From a virus, in UHGV virus genome UHGV-1570564: a stretch of DNA of 24,254 nucleotides; one strand, given 5' to 3'. The notes under the pieces are model-generated. The model made no database searches. It saw nothing but the letters and a program-made list of their open reading frames with translations, and was not told the DNA's origin. Within the stretch, counting starts at the first letter, position 1. Every line of letters begins with the position of its first letter. The position numbers were made by a program, and so were the translations under genes. Below, in pieces: positions 17,060 through 24,254 of this stretch.

Positions 17060-18602
17060 TTACCTCAGAAACAGGAGGTGTAATAAGCCCCAACTCACGG
17101 CGAGCATTCTCTTCTCTGCCACAGATTTGTGCGGTTTCTTCCCAGTTAAGACCTGACATTTCAGCCGCTTCTTTTTCACGGGTAGAGAATGTTTCCTCAA
17201 CACGCAGTTTTGCAGCTTTGACTTCTTTAAGGGGATCTAATTGGCCTTGTGATGGGCCATACCATTGAGCGCCACTCCATGCAGCGCGATATTCAGGCCC
17301 ATAAAAAAAACCAGGGGCAATAACACGACCTTTAGCAACGGCTTCGGCCAACCATTCCTCATAGATCGGTTGGCAAAATGACTGAACCATCCAGTCACGT
17401 CGCATACGGAACATTTTCCAGGCTTCAAGTAATGCGGCCCTGCTTGCGCTATAACTTGCTGTAAAATGCTTTACCAAGAGTTCGTAAGGGAGTTCTAAAG
17501 CAGCCCCAATTTGACGGCATATGGCGACAACAAAACCATCAAATGCCGTATTTGGTCGCCCGGGATTTGCTGTATCTATCGACTCACCTTCACCCAAACT
17601 TACTATGGAGCCATTCCCCATTTCTTGGGTGTTATCATCATGGTTATCGATCTGCTCGTACTGAGGGATACCCGATTCACCGACTGGCCCATCAGGAGCG
17701 TCTGTTTTAATAAAGACAGTAAACATCCCTGACACAACCGCAGCAACCAATTCAGCATCGGTGTATCGTCCTAACTGCTTCAATGCTTCAATTACAGGAG
17801 CAAGGACAGGAACGCCACGGCGTTGCCCAGGCCTTTCAAAATCCTGCATGACATGCAGAATATTTCTTCTTCCTGTTTTACTCCCATATGCGGGAATACG
17901 TTCCCACTTGCGGGTTACAAAACCAGAAGTCCCGGCTGGGTGATGTTTTGCAACCCAGTACGCCACAGGCTCGCTAAATTCACCAACCTCTACGCCACCG
18001 TAAAGATTTGGTATAAAACGATCCTCTGGATTGCAAACACGATCACCTTCAATTAAATAGACGCACAAATCATATATAACACCCTTACGCTTAATAACTG
18101 GTAGCGCAGCAAATATATCGCCAGATGTTAACGCAGATATTTGGACCAATGATTGCAATTGTCCAAAAGTACACATTCTTGATGCATCACAATTTGGAGA
18201 ATCAGCCCATAATCTAAACTCACGCTCAACATGCTTTTCCCATGCTCGCGCTTCTTCCTGCGTCATCCCCAAGAAATCGGCATCAATGTTCGCATTTAGT
18301 TTTAAACCGGAACCAACAACGTTTGTCCTGATAGTTTTTATTGCGCCAACAGATAGCGGGTTTCCCATGAAGAGATCACGAGAACGCTCACGCAATTTAT
18401 CTATATTTTTAACAATATCATCATCAGGAGAACCAGCTTTACTAAACCAACCCCTTAATGATTTTTTATGAGTGCTTGCACCATGACGTGAATATCCAAG
18501 GTTATTAATACCTTCAAGTGCTTCTAACCGTTTTCTTGCCAAAGCTCGATTTAATGCCCTCTGAGGTGAAAACGGCGCAATAACTCGATCAAGAATATTC
18601 AT
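17028..18602 (-). CDS. Portal protein, lambda gpB family (524 aa)
   Basis: Size and position after large terminase and gpW-like genes in the lambda order A-W-B-C-D-E; acidic C-terminus. Confidence 0.8.
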   Translation of the reverse strand: MNILDRVIAPFSPQRALNRALARKRLEALEGINNLGYSRHGASTHKKSLRGWFSKAGSPDDDIVKNIDKLRERSRDLFMGNPLSVGAIKTIRTNVVGSGLKLNANIDADFLGMTQEEARAWEKHVEREFRLWADSPNCDASRMCTFGQLQSLVQISALTSGDIFAALPVIKRKGVIYDLCVYLIEGDRVCNPEDRFIPNLYGGVEVGEFSEPVAYWVAKHHPAGTSGFVTRKWERIPAYGSKTGRRNILHVMQDFERPGQRRGVPVLAPVIEALKQLGRYTDAELVAAVVSGMFTVFIKTDAPDGPVGESGIPQYEQIDNHDDNTQEMGNGSIVSLGEGESIDTANPGRPNTAFDGFVVAICRQIGAALELPYELLVKHFTASYSASRAALLEAWKMFRMRRDWMVQSFCQPIYEEWLAEAVAKGRVIAPGFFYGPEYRAAWSGAQWYGPSQGQLDPLKEVKAAKLRVEETFSTREKEAAEMSGLNWEETAQICGREENARRELGLITPPVSEVNEQNMETDDA

Positions 18603-18838
18603 AAATCTCTTATCACCACTCGTTTAATTCGTGGGCCTCGGCGTACACCTGCTGATAATCTTTCTACTTCATTACGCCAGTAATCCATCTCTTTTCTGAC
18701 TTCTGATAAATCCGCACGAGTTAACTGCCGCGTACCAAATTTATATGACTGACCGCCAATAGCAATAGCGCGATATGCTTCCCGCCAGACAGATAACATC
18801 TCTCTGGCTTCAGTCAGAGAAAATGCTTCATTGTTCAT
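18599..18838 (-). CDS. gpW-like head-tail joining protein (79 aa)
   Basis: Small ORF between terminase and portal; pattern ..L.EAREML......GGQSY.FGTR.LTRADL.EV..E...W..EVERL....RRGP parallels lambda gpW including the conserved RRGP near the C-terminus. Confidence 0.65.
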   Translation of the reverse strand: MNNEAFSLTEAREMLSVWREAYRAIAIGGQSYKFGTRQLTRADLSEVRKEMDYWRNEVERLSAGVRRGPRIKRVVIRDL

Positions 18839-18849
18839 TTATATTTCCT

Positions 18850-20706
18850 CTATATGGTTACGCCTTTACTTATAACTCTACGGCGTCTTCTACGTATACC
18901 TGACGAGTTCTGCACATACACATTACCTCGCATTTCCTGTTCGGCAAGCCAGTTAAAATTAGGGTTCAGAATTTCCATCGCGGCAGTTGCATAGTTACGG
19001 CAATCAAGAGGCTCGTTACGCTCGTAGACTTTCACCCACTTTTCTTTTGTCTGCCCATTTTTATATTCAAATATTTTTTTCTCTGATAATAATCCTTTAA
19101 AGTATTCGGTATCATATCCTCTGTCAGAATCTAATGGGAAATGCATATAACCAGGACCAGGATCATGTAGTTTAATTCTTGCCATGATGGTCCCTTTACC
19201 ATCATCAACCCCCAAATTAAACAACATAGCACCCACACGGTTATTATTACTTGGCTTTCCTATAAATGGTAAACCTACCCCACCACGCCCCCTGATAGAG
19301 TATATTCGCCTTGATTCTCTCGGCTTAGTAAAGCGATATACCTCTGTCGTAAAATGCCCACCAGAGTCAATACAAACGGAAGAAATCTGTAATTTTCGAC
19401 CGTCACGGAATGACCAGCTACGGAGTAAGTATTCATCAAGTTGTTTCCAGACAACATCTTGTGCGGGATCACCTGGGAATATTTTATATTCTATCCCCCA
19501 TGACTCCTTACCTTTTCCCCAACCGACCAATTCACAAACTAAATACGTGTCCTGTACGTCAACACCAGCACTTAACAATAAAACATCATCTGGTAAAAAC
19601 TCTTCAAACCTTATTCTGCGTTGCAACAAGTATTCAGGATCGATATCGTCTTTAGCATCCTCTTTCCATGGCTCACCCAGCTTAAGGTTAATAAACTCCA
19701 TTAATCCATTTTTATCGCGGTTTCTGGTTGCTTCCGTAAATTCTTCAACCAGCTCTGACAATGCAACCCACGGGGAGTAAAGACTGTTAATATGAAAACC
19801 AACAATACCTTTAACTCCAGTATGTTCAGCTATCCATACCCCCTTCGCCAACCAATCAACGTCTGGTTTACCAGATCCGCGCATAATCCCGCCGCACTCA
19901 CAGCACTCATATCTGGCCGTTTCCGGTAACGCCTCACCTGAATCGCTCTTATCCCATCTGACTTGCGACCATTTCATCACCTGCATGGTGCCACAACATG
20001 GGCAAGGAACATGGTAGTAACGCTGATCGGAGAGCTTAAACCACTTGTGGATTTTGCTTGTTTCCTCCAAAACAGGAGTAGAAACAAAAACTTTCTTACG
20101 ATTATGAAAGTTGGTAGTACGCTGAATACCTAGTTTTAGTGGGTCGCCCTCCTGCGTCACACCGTAACGATCAATCTCATCAGCTAACAGTATTCGAATT
20201 GGCCTGGATGCAAGACCTGCTGGGGAATTAGCACCAACAAGTGCTATATATCCACCAGCGTAATGCTTCATACGTATAGTCGTGCTGGACTTTTTGGCTG
20301 CACCGCGCCCCTCTTTCCCTTCATGCAGCTTGTGTTTCAAACCAGGGGAATATTTGAACGTCGGATCAATACGCTCTTTTGAAAAAGCCTCAGCCGCCTC
20401 TACCGTTGGATAAATCATCAACTGAGGAGATGGCTCCTGATCTGCAAAGTAACCCATAACATTTAGCTGTAATTCGGATTTACCAATTTGCGAGCTACAT
20501 TGCATCACTACTGTTTCTGTATCAGCGTCACCAATAACATCCATTGGTTCACGCAAATATGGCACTCGGCTTGTACGCCACGGCCCTGGCTCTGGAGACG
20601 TTCCCGGCGCTACATGACGATACTTATCAGCCCATTCGGAAACAGTTAGCCGTGATTTAGGGCGAAGCGCACGGAAAAAAGCGGTGCTCCATACTGTTTC
20701 GCCCAT
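18850..20706 (-). CDS. Terminase large subunit, lambda GpA type (618 aa)
   Basis: Size and N-terminus (..RLTVSEWADKYR..) consistent with GpA-family terminases; followed by gpW-like and lambda-family portal genes. Confidence 0.85.
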   Translation of the reverse strand: MGETVWSTAFFRALRPKSRLTVSEWADKYRHVAPGTSPEPGPWRTSRVPYLREPMDVIGDADTETVVMQCSSQIGKSELQLNVMGYFADQEPSPQLMIYPTVEAAEAFSKERIDPTFKYSPGLKHKLHEGKEGRGAAKKSSTTIRMKHYAGGYIALVGANSPAGLASRPIRILLADEIDRYGVTQEGDPLKLGIQRTTNFHNRKKVFVSTPVLEETSKIHKWFKLSDQRYYHVPCPCCGTMQVMKWSQVRWDKSDSGEALPETARYECCECGGIMRGSGKPDVDWLAKGVWIAEHTGVKGIVGFHINSLYSPWVALSELVEEFTEATRNRDKNGLMEFINLKLGEPWKEDAKDDIDPEYLLQRRIRFEEFLPDDVLLLSAGVDVQDTYLVCELVGWGKGKESWGIEYKIFPGDPAQDVVWKQLDEYLLRSWSFRDGRKLQISSVCIDSGGHFTTEVYRFTKPRESRRIYSIRGRGGVGLPFIGKPSNNNRVGAMLFNLGVDDGKGTIMARIKLHDPGPGYMHFPLDSDRGYDTEYFKGLLSEKKIFEYKNGQTKEKWVKVYERNEPLDCRNYATAAMEILNPNFNWLAEQEMRGNVYVQNSSGIRRRRRRVISKGVTI

Positions 20707-20711
20707 GAGGT

Positions 20712-21263
20712 TTATTCTTCCTGCTTAATAAATCGGGATTCCTGGAGCGCCTGAAGCGCAAAATTAATCTCGTCTTCAATAATGCGCTCGATCTCCCTGG
20801 CTGTTTTGCCTTCACAACGGGGAGCTGCTCTTGGAGCAATACTAAATAAGCGGCTACGCAATTCATTAGCTGCCAGAAATGCATCATCCCTGACCGCATC
20901 TTTAGCGATGAGAGAGCCTTCCTTTTCTTCAAATTCAAGGCGTTTCAGCTTTGCCTGATAAATTTTTTCTGCGGTCTTAGCCTTGTTGAATTGCACCGCA
21001 ACACCGGAAGTACCACCAGCTAATCCGGCATCATCAGCGGGTAACTCTGGTTGTTCCGAAGATATCCCATGCCCTCTTTTTCCATTTTCAGCAGATACCT
21101 CACGACCAACCTGTCGGCTCGCTTCATAAGCCGCACTGGCTTTATCAAAATCCAGCTTGCCGCTTTTCAGCACTGGAATGCGACCGGAACGACAGAGCTT
21201 CGTAACCATTGCCGGAGAAATACCTTTCCGGCGGGCAAACTCTGACTTACTGACGATGGCCAT
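20712..21263 (-). CDS. Terminase small subunit, Nu1-like with N-terminal helix-turn-helix
   Basis: MAIVSKSEFARRKGISPAMVTKLCRSGRIPVLKSGK parallels the lambda Nu1 N-terminus. Preferred start is ATG 21263..21261, overlapping the ParB-like stop as TAATG; the ORF track start at 21272 is a TTG. Confidence 0.7.
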   Translation of the reverse strand: MAIVSKSEFARRKGISPAMVTKLCRSGRIPVLKSGKLDFDKASAAYEASRQVGREVSAENGKRGHGISSEQPELPADDAGLAGGTSGVAVQFNKAKTAEKIYQAKLKRLEFEEKEGSLIAKDAVRDDAFLAANELRSRLFSIAPRAAPRCEGKTAREIERIIEDEINFALQALQESRFIKQEE

Positions 21264-21853
21264 TACTTGCAACCATTAGCAAGATACTGAACAAATCCCT
21301 CATGCGTTTCATGCGCGTCGTGGTACTGACGATAAACATCCAGCAACAATGCAATTTCCATATCCGTCGCGGGAATACGTTCTTTATCAATAGCCAGGTA
21401 CTTAATTTGAACAACAGGGGAAGAATTATCGTCTTCTTCCTGCGGCTGTTCATCGCTTAACATTTCGTCAAGCTCTGCATCATTAAACCCAAGCAGATCA
21501 ATATCAAAATCATCATCCATTAACTCTTTGACTTCTTCGGCCAGAAGCTGCATATCCCAGCCAGCATTTAAGGCCAGCTTGTTATCTGCAATCCTGTAAG
21601 CCTTCTTCTGTTTTTCAGAAAGGTTACTCAACCGAATCGCCGGAACTTTATCCATTTCCAGAATTTCGGCTGCTGCAAGCCGCCCATGCCCCGCAATCAG
21701 TTCATTCTTTTCATCGATCAGCACAGGATTAGTGAAACCGAACTCACGGATACTGTTCACCAACTGTTCAACTTGCTCATCTGAATGAGTCCGTGAATTT
21801 TTGGCATATCTGAGCAACTTACCGACTGGTAAATATTCGATTTTTAGAGCCAT
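21263..21853 (-). CDS. ParB-like nuclease-domain (ParB/Srx fold) protein, standalone, 196 aa
   Basis: NSRTHSDEQVEQLVNSIREFGFTNPVLIDEKNELIAGHGRLAAAEILEMDKVPA matches the ParB N-terminal domain signature (..GHGRL.AA..); acidic C-terminal half; stop overlaps the small terminase start. Confidence 0.75.
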   Translation of the reverse strand: MALKIEYLPVGKLLRYAKNSRTHSDEQVEQLVNSIREFGFTNPVLIDEKNELIAGHGRLAAAEILEMDKVPAIRLSNLSEKQKKAYRIADNKLALNAGWDMQLLAEEVKELMDDDFDIDLLGFNDAELDEMLSDEQPQEEDDNSSPVVQIKYLAIDKERIPATDMEIALLLDVYRQYHDAHETHEGFVQYLANGCK

Positions 21854-22409
21854 TTTTTAACCGCCATAACACAACAGGTTAAAGAAAACTGTTTAACTTA
21901 TTGATACTAAAAGAGAAAAATGACGATCTTTTTACTCATAAAAAATCACACAAACCAGCATAATTATCTGATTTTATTAAGTTTTTATAAGTAAAAAGGA
22001 TCTTGCGATGGTGTTTTGGTTAAAAGATTGGATGTATTTGCATGATTTATAACGATTTTTATCAGAACAACATCACATTGGTTAAAGATCTGCGCGTATC
22101 TTGATGATCTAAAAGAAAATTTTCCACTTTCTTCTTACCAGCACAAATACAGAAAAAATCACGTTTTCCCGATATTTTTCAATGAGATGAGTAAATTTCT
22201 TTTACCGCAACTTTTAACCTAACTTTTTTCACGTTTAGCTAGCCGAATATCGGGGTTCGAATGACCCGCATCCAACGCTTTTGGCCAGAAGGACCCAATT
22301 CTGCCGGACGATGAAACGATGCTCGTGCTCCCCCACAGACAGCCAGCGAGCGACGCTACAGAACACAGTGAATACACCCTGCATAACAACACCATCAACC
22401 ACACGATGA
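21854..22409 (-). promoter_or_regulatory. AT-rich non-coding region upstream of the ParB-terminase-head-tail operon; candidate late promoter and/or packaging (cos) region
   Basis: About 550 bp with no convincing ORF. Repeated motifs: GGTTAAAGA-like at 21877-21885, 22018-22027, 22080-22088; AAAAAATCAC at 21940-21949 and 22153-22162; four GATC sites between 21925 and 22109. No specific -35/-10 pair could be assigned with confidence. Confidence 0.35.
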
Positions 22410-23129
22410 TTAACGAGAGAACGTCTTAGAAAGGATGTCATCAATAGCCTTTGTGACTTCATCAGCAAACGCATCCTCACCAGCACGCAGCGCCACGCCA
22501 TGCCAATCAAGACGCTGCGAATAGTTAGGTTGCTGGATGAACGTAAGGATCAACGTAGGACGCCGCCCAACGCGCTGCCAGACGCCTGGTTGAAGCGGGT
22601 TACTTGTACCAGGTCGAACAACAAAAAACTCCGTAGGCTTGCCCTGACGGCGATTTTGATGCGCATCTCGCTGAACTCTTAGGCCAGATAAGACCTGCTG
22701 TAATTGCCCCCGCGAAATATTCCCGTATTTGTCCAGCTTTGCGCCGGGACCAGGAGCAAGCTGCCAGCCGTTAGGCAAATATCCACCAGCCCTTAGCGCC
22801 CCTTCTGAGCGTTTGTACTGTCGTTGGCCGCCTTCGATTTGCGGAGTCAACGTTACAGGGGCTGGCGTTCCACCCCATTCACGAGCATACACAATGGCTG
22901 TAGGATCACTCTTCTTTGCGGCCAAAACGTAAGTAGAGTTCTGAATCCACGGCGTGGGCCTGTCAAATACCCGATTAATTTCATTCTTAATCGCAGCCTG
23001 AGAAGCCTTTGCCGTTCTGGTTGCCGCAAGCGCCATTGCGAACGGCAATTCGCGTTCTTCAAGGCGCTGGAGTTGTCGTTGAATATCCTGAGAAGAAAAA
23101 TCCATCTTTATCTCAATTCTGTCAGCCAC
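22410..23129 (-). CDS. Hypothetical protein (239 aa), Arg/Gln/Gly-rich, no cysteine; downstream partner of the methyltransferase-fold gene
   Basis: ORF with GTG start at 23129..23127 preceded by AGGAGG (23140..23135) at 5-nt spacing, 16 nt after the upstream gene's stop; no recognisable catalytic or structural motif. Confidence 0.5.
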   Translation of the reverse strand: MADRIEIKMDFSSQDIQRQLQRLEERELPFAMALAATRTAKASQAAIKNEINRVFDRPTPWIQNSTYVLAAKKSDPTAIVYAREWGGTPAPVTLTPQIEGGQRQYKRSEGALRAGGYLPNGWQLAPGPGAKLDKYGNISRGQLQQVLSGLRVQRDAHQNRRQGKPTEFFVVRPGTSNPLQPGVWQRVGRRPTLILTFIQQPNYSQRLDWHGVALRAGEDAFADEVTKAIDDILSKTFSR

Positions 23130-23145
23130 CAGCGCCTCCTACACA

Positions 23146-24219
23146 CTACTTAATCAACGGCCGGAAAGCCGCCAGCACATCATCAGATCGTCCGATTGTT
23201 GAACCACCAGGCAACGGCAACTCAAACTCAAAACGAACAGCTTTCTCCAGACTCGCCCAACTAAGGGAATCATCGTTAATGACGTGCAAATACCAGCTCT
23301 TACAGTTGAATATTGACCGCTTAATCCTGAAACCATGTACACGACACAACTGCTTCACTTCCTCATCAGAGTGAAACTTCTGGTAAAACCAGTGCCCCTT
23401 CCGGTACAACGCGGTAAAACCGTCATGATCAATAAAATAAAGCCGGCTTTTGGAACTCGCCGCTTGTGTTTGCTTCAGGACTGTTTCCAGTTCTCCACGG
23501 CTACGGCCAGAAAAGAATATTGACCCACCAGCTTTACACAGGCCTTTCAGAACCGTCAGAACGGACCATTCAGCCTCGACACTATCGACCGAGTTCAAAA
23601 CGCTATCGCAAATCACGTAGTCGTAACGCCCTCGCGTTTTTAAGTCGTCCACCAGCGTATCAATCATCCGGTTTGTTGCGGCCCTATCCAGAGTGTTTCC
23701 AGCGCCCTTACGGCGGAAAAGCTCGAGATCATGCAGGTTATATCCCTTTGCCCTGAGCATTCGCGCGTAGTCTCCCTGCCCCGAACCAAAATCAATTCCT
23801 CTTGGCGTCTTGGCAATGATCGGGAGGATCAACGACTCATACAGATTTGATTTCAGGCTGCCACCATTACGCAACCGCATAAGCTGCGCATACGTCTGGA
23901 TGTATGTTGTTTTCTCCAGATGAGAATACTCAAATACACCATAAGTTTTATTCAGATAACTTTGGTATTTTTCCTTCTCAACATCAGGGATCACAAACAC
24001 CGTTAGCGGTGTGCGCGTCATTTTCGCTGCTAATGCATACTGAGCACAGTGAATAACCTCACCAGACTGAGTAGCAACACAACCACCCCACGGACCATAC
24101 TTGATAACCAGTTCCGCTATGTTCTTTCGAACATATGCCATTTTCGCGCGCATATTGCCTGAGATCTGGCTTGCCGATACCTGAACAAAACCATGCTTAT
24201 GAAGCAATACATTCAACAT
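23146..24219 (-). CDS. Class I SAM-dependent methyltransferase-fold protein with ~135-aa N-terminal extension (357 aa); substrate unknown
   Basis: Motif I-like GIDFGSGQGDYARML, acidic residue in ..GYNLHDLELF.., and YDYVICDSVL / GGSIFFSG segments typical of Rossmann-fold methyltransferases. No (D/N/S)PP(Y/F/W) or PCQ/ENV motifs of canonical DNA methyltransferases. Confidence 0.6.
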   Translation of the reverse strand: MLNVLLHKHGFVQVSASQISGNMRAKMAYVRKNIAELVIKYGPWGGCVATQSGEVIHCAQYALAAKMTRTPLTVFVIPDVEKEKYQSYLNKTYGVFEYSHLEKTTYIQTYAQLMRLRNGGSLKSNLYESLILPIIAKTPRGIDFGSGQGDYARMLRAKGYNLHDLELFRRKGAGNTLDRAATNRMIDTLVDDLKTRGRYDYVICDSVLNSVDSVEAEWSVLTVLKGLCKAGGSIFFSGRSRGELETVLKQTQAASSKSRLYFIDHDGFTALYRKGHWFYQKFHSDEEVKQLCRVHGFRIKRSIFNCKSWYLHVINDDSLSWASLEKAVRFEFELPLPGGSTIGRSDDVLAAFRPLIK

Positions 24220-24254
24220 CAGCGTGGCTGATCACCTTTCGGGCTTTTCAAGCC

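Noticed and set aside
19184-19780. 198-aa plus-strand ORF, Ser/Pro-rich, antisense within the large terminase gene
   Set aside because: Entirely embedded antisense in a well-supported gene, low-complexity composition, no start context; typical shadow ORF.
22251-22278. tRNA-like T-loop motif GGTTCGAAT (cggggttcgaatgacccg) that could mark a tRNA gene fragment or attachment site
   Set aside because: Flanking bases do not form a 5-bp T-stem around a 7-nt loop on either strand (only a 4-bp CGGG/CCCG stem with a 10-nt loop), and no acceptor-stem/CCA context is present; treated as a chance palindrome around TTCGAA.
22330-22409. Possible rho-independent terminator immediately downstream of the 239-aa gene
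   Set aside because: Only imperfect inverted repeats (for example cgatgctcgtgct / agccagcgagcgacg) with no following U-run on the transcribed strand; not convincing.
22219-22510. Two small minus-strand ORFs (61 and 91 aa) between the 239-aa gene and the AT-rich region
   Set aside because: One overlaps the 3' end of the 239-aa gene out of frame, both are Cys/Ser/Leu-rich with no start context; more likely untranslated 3' sequence. A small protein cannot be fully excluded.
22824-23374. Plus-strand ORFs (109 and 121 aa) across the cassette
   Set aside because: Antisense to the longer minus-strand ORFs, which have a Shine-Dalgarno sequence and tight operon spacing; GC-richer DNA commonly generates long antisense ORFs.
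1-24254. Mu-like transposable phage interpretation (LysM protein, gpD-like hub, spike and tail fibre resemble Mu late genes)
   Set aside because: The packaging/head module is lambda-type (Nu1/GpA terminase, gpW, lambda portal, gpE capsid) rather than Mu-type, and no transposase, Mu ends or invertible segment are visible in the window.

Overview
All substantial coding capacity in this 24.3-kb window is on the minus strand and reads as one continuous late (virion) region of a temperate tailed phage or prophage from an enterobacterial-type host. From high to low coordinates: (1) a GC-richer two-gene cassette, a class I SAM-methyltransferase-fold protein plus a 239-aa protein of unknown function; (2) a ~550-bp AT-rich non-coding region with short repeated motifs; (3) a standalone ParB-like nuclease-domain gene translationally coupled to a lambda-type packaging and head module (Nu1-like small terminase, GpA-type large terminase, gpW-like protein, lambda-family portal, ClpP-like prohead protease, putative decoration protein, gpE-type major capsid); (4) four small connector/neck ORFs; (5) a P2-like contractile tail module (sheath, tube, chaperone pair with a -1 frameshift site, tape measure, LysM gpX-like, gpD-like hub, spike V, an extra 155-aa ORF, W, J, I); (6) a mosaic tail fibre and the 5' part of a tail fibre assembly gene that runs off the window start. 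No rRNA, tRNA, CRISPR array, integrase, transposase or lysis gene was recognised. The best candidate for something undescribed is the cassette at 22410-24219; its function cannot be assigned from sequence alone. All family assignments come from reading the translated ORFs against remembered family hallmarks, not from database searches, and GC values are hand counts on 60-nt samples.
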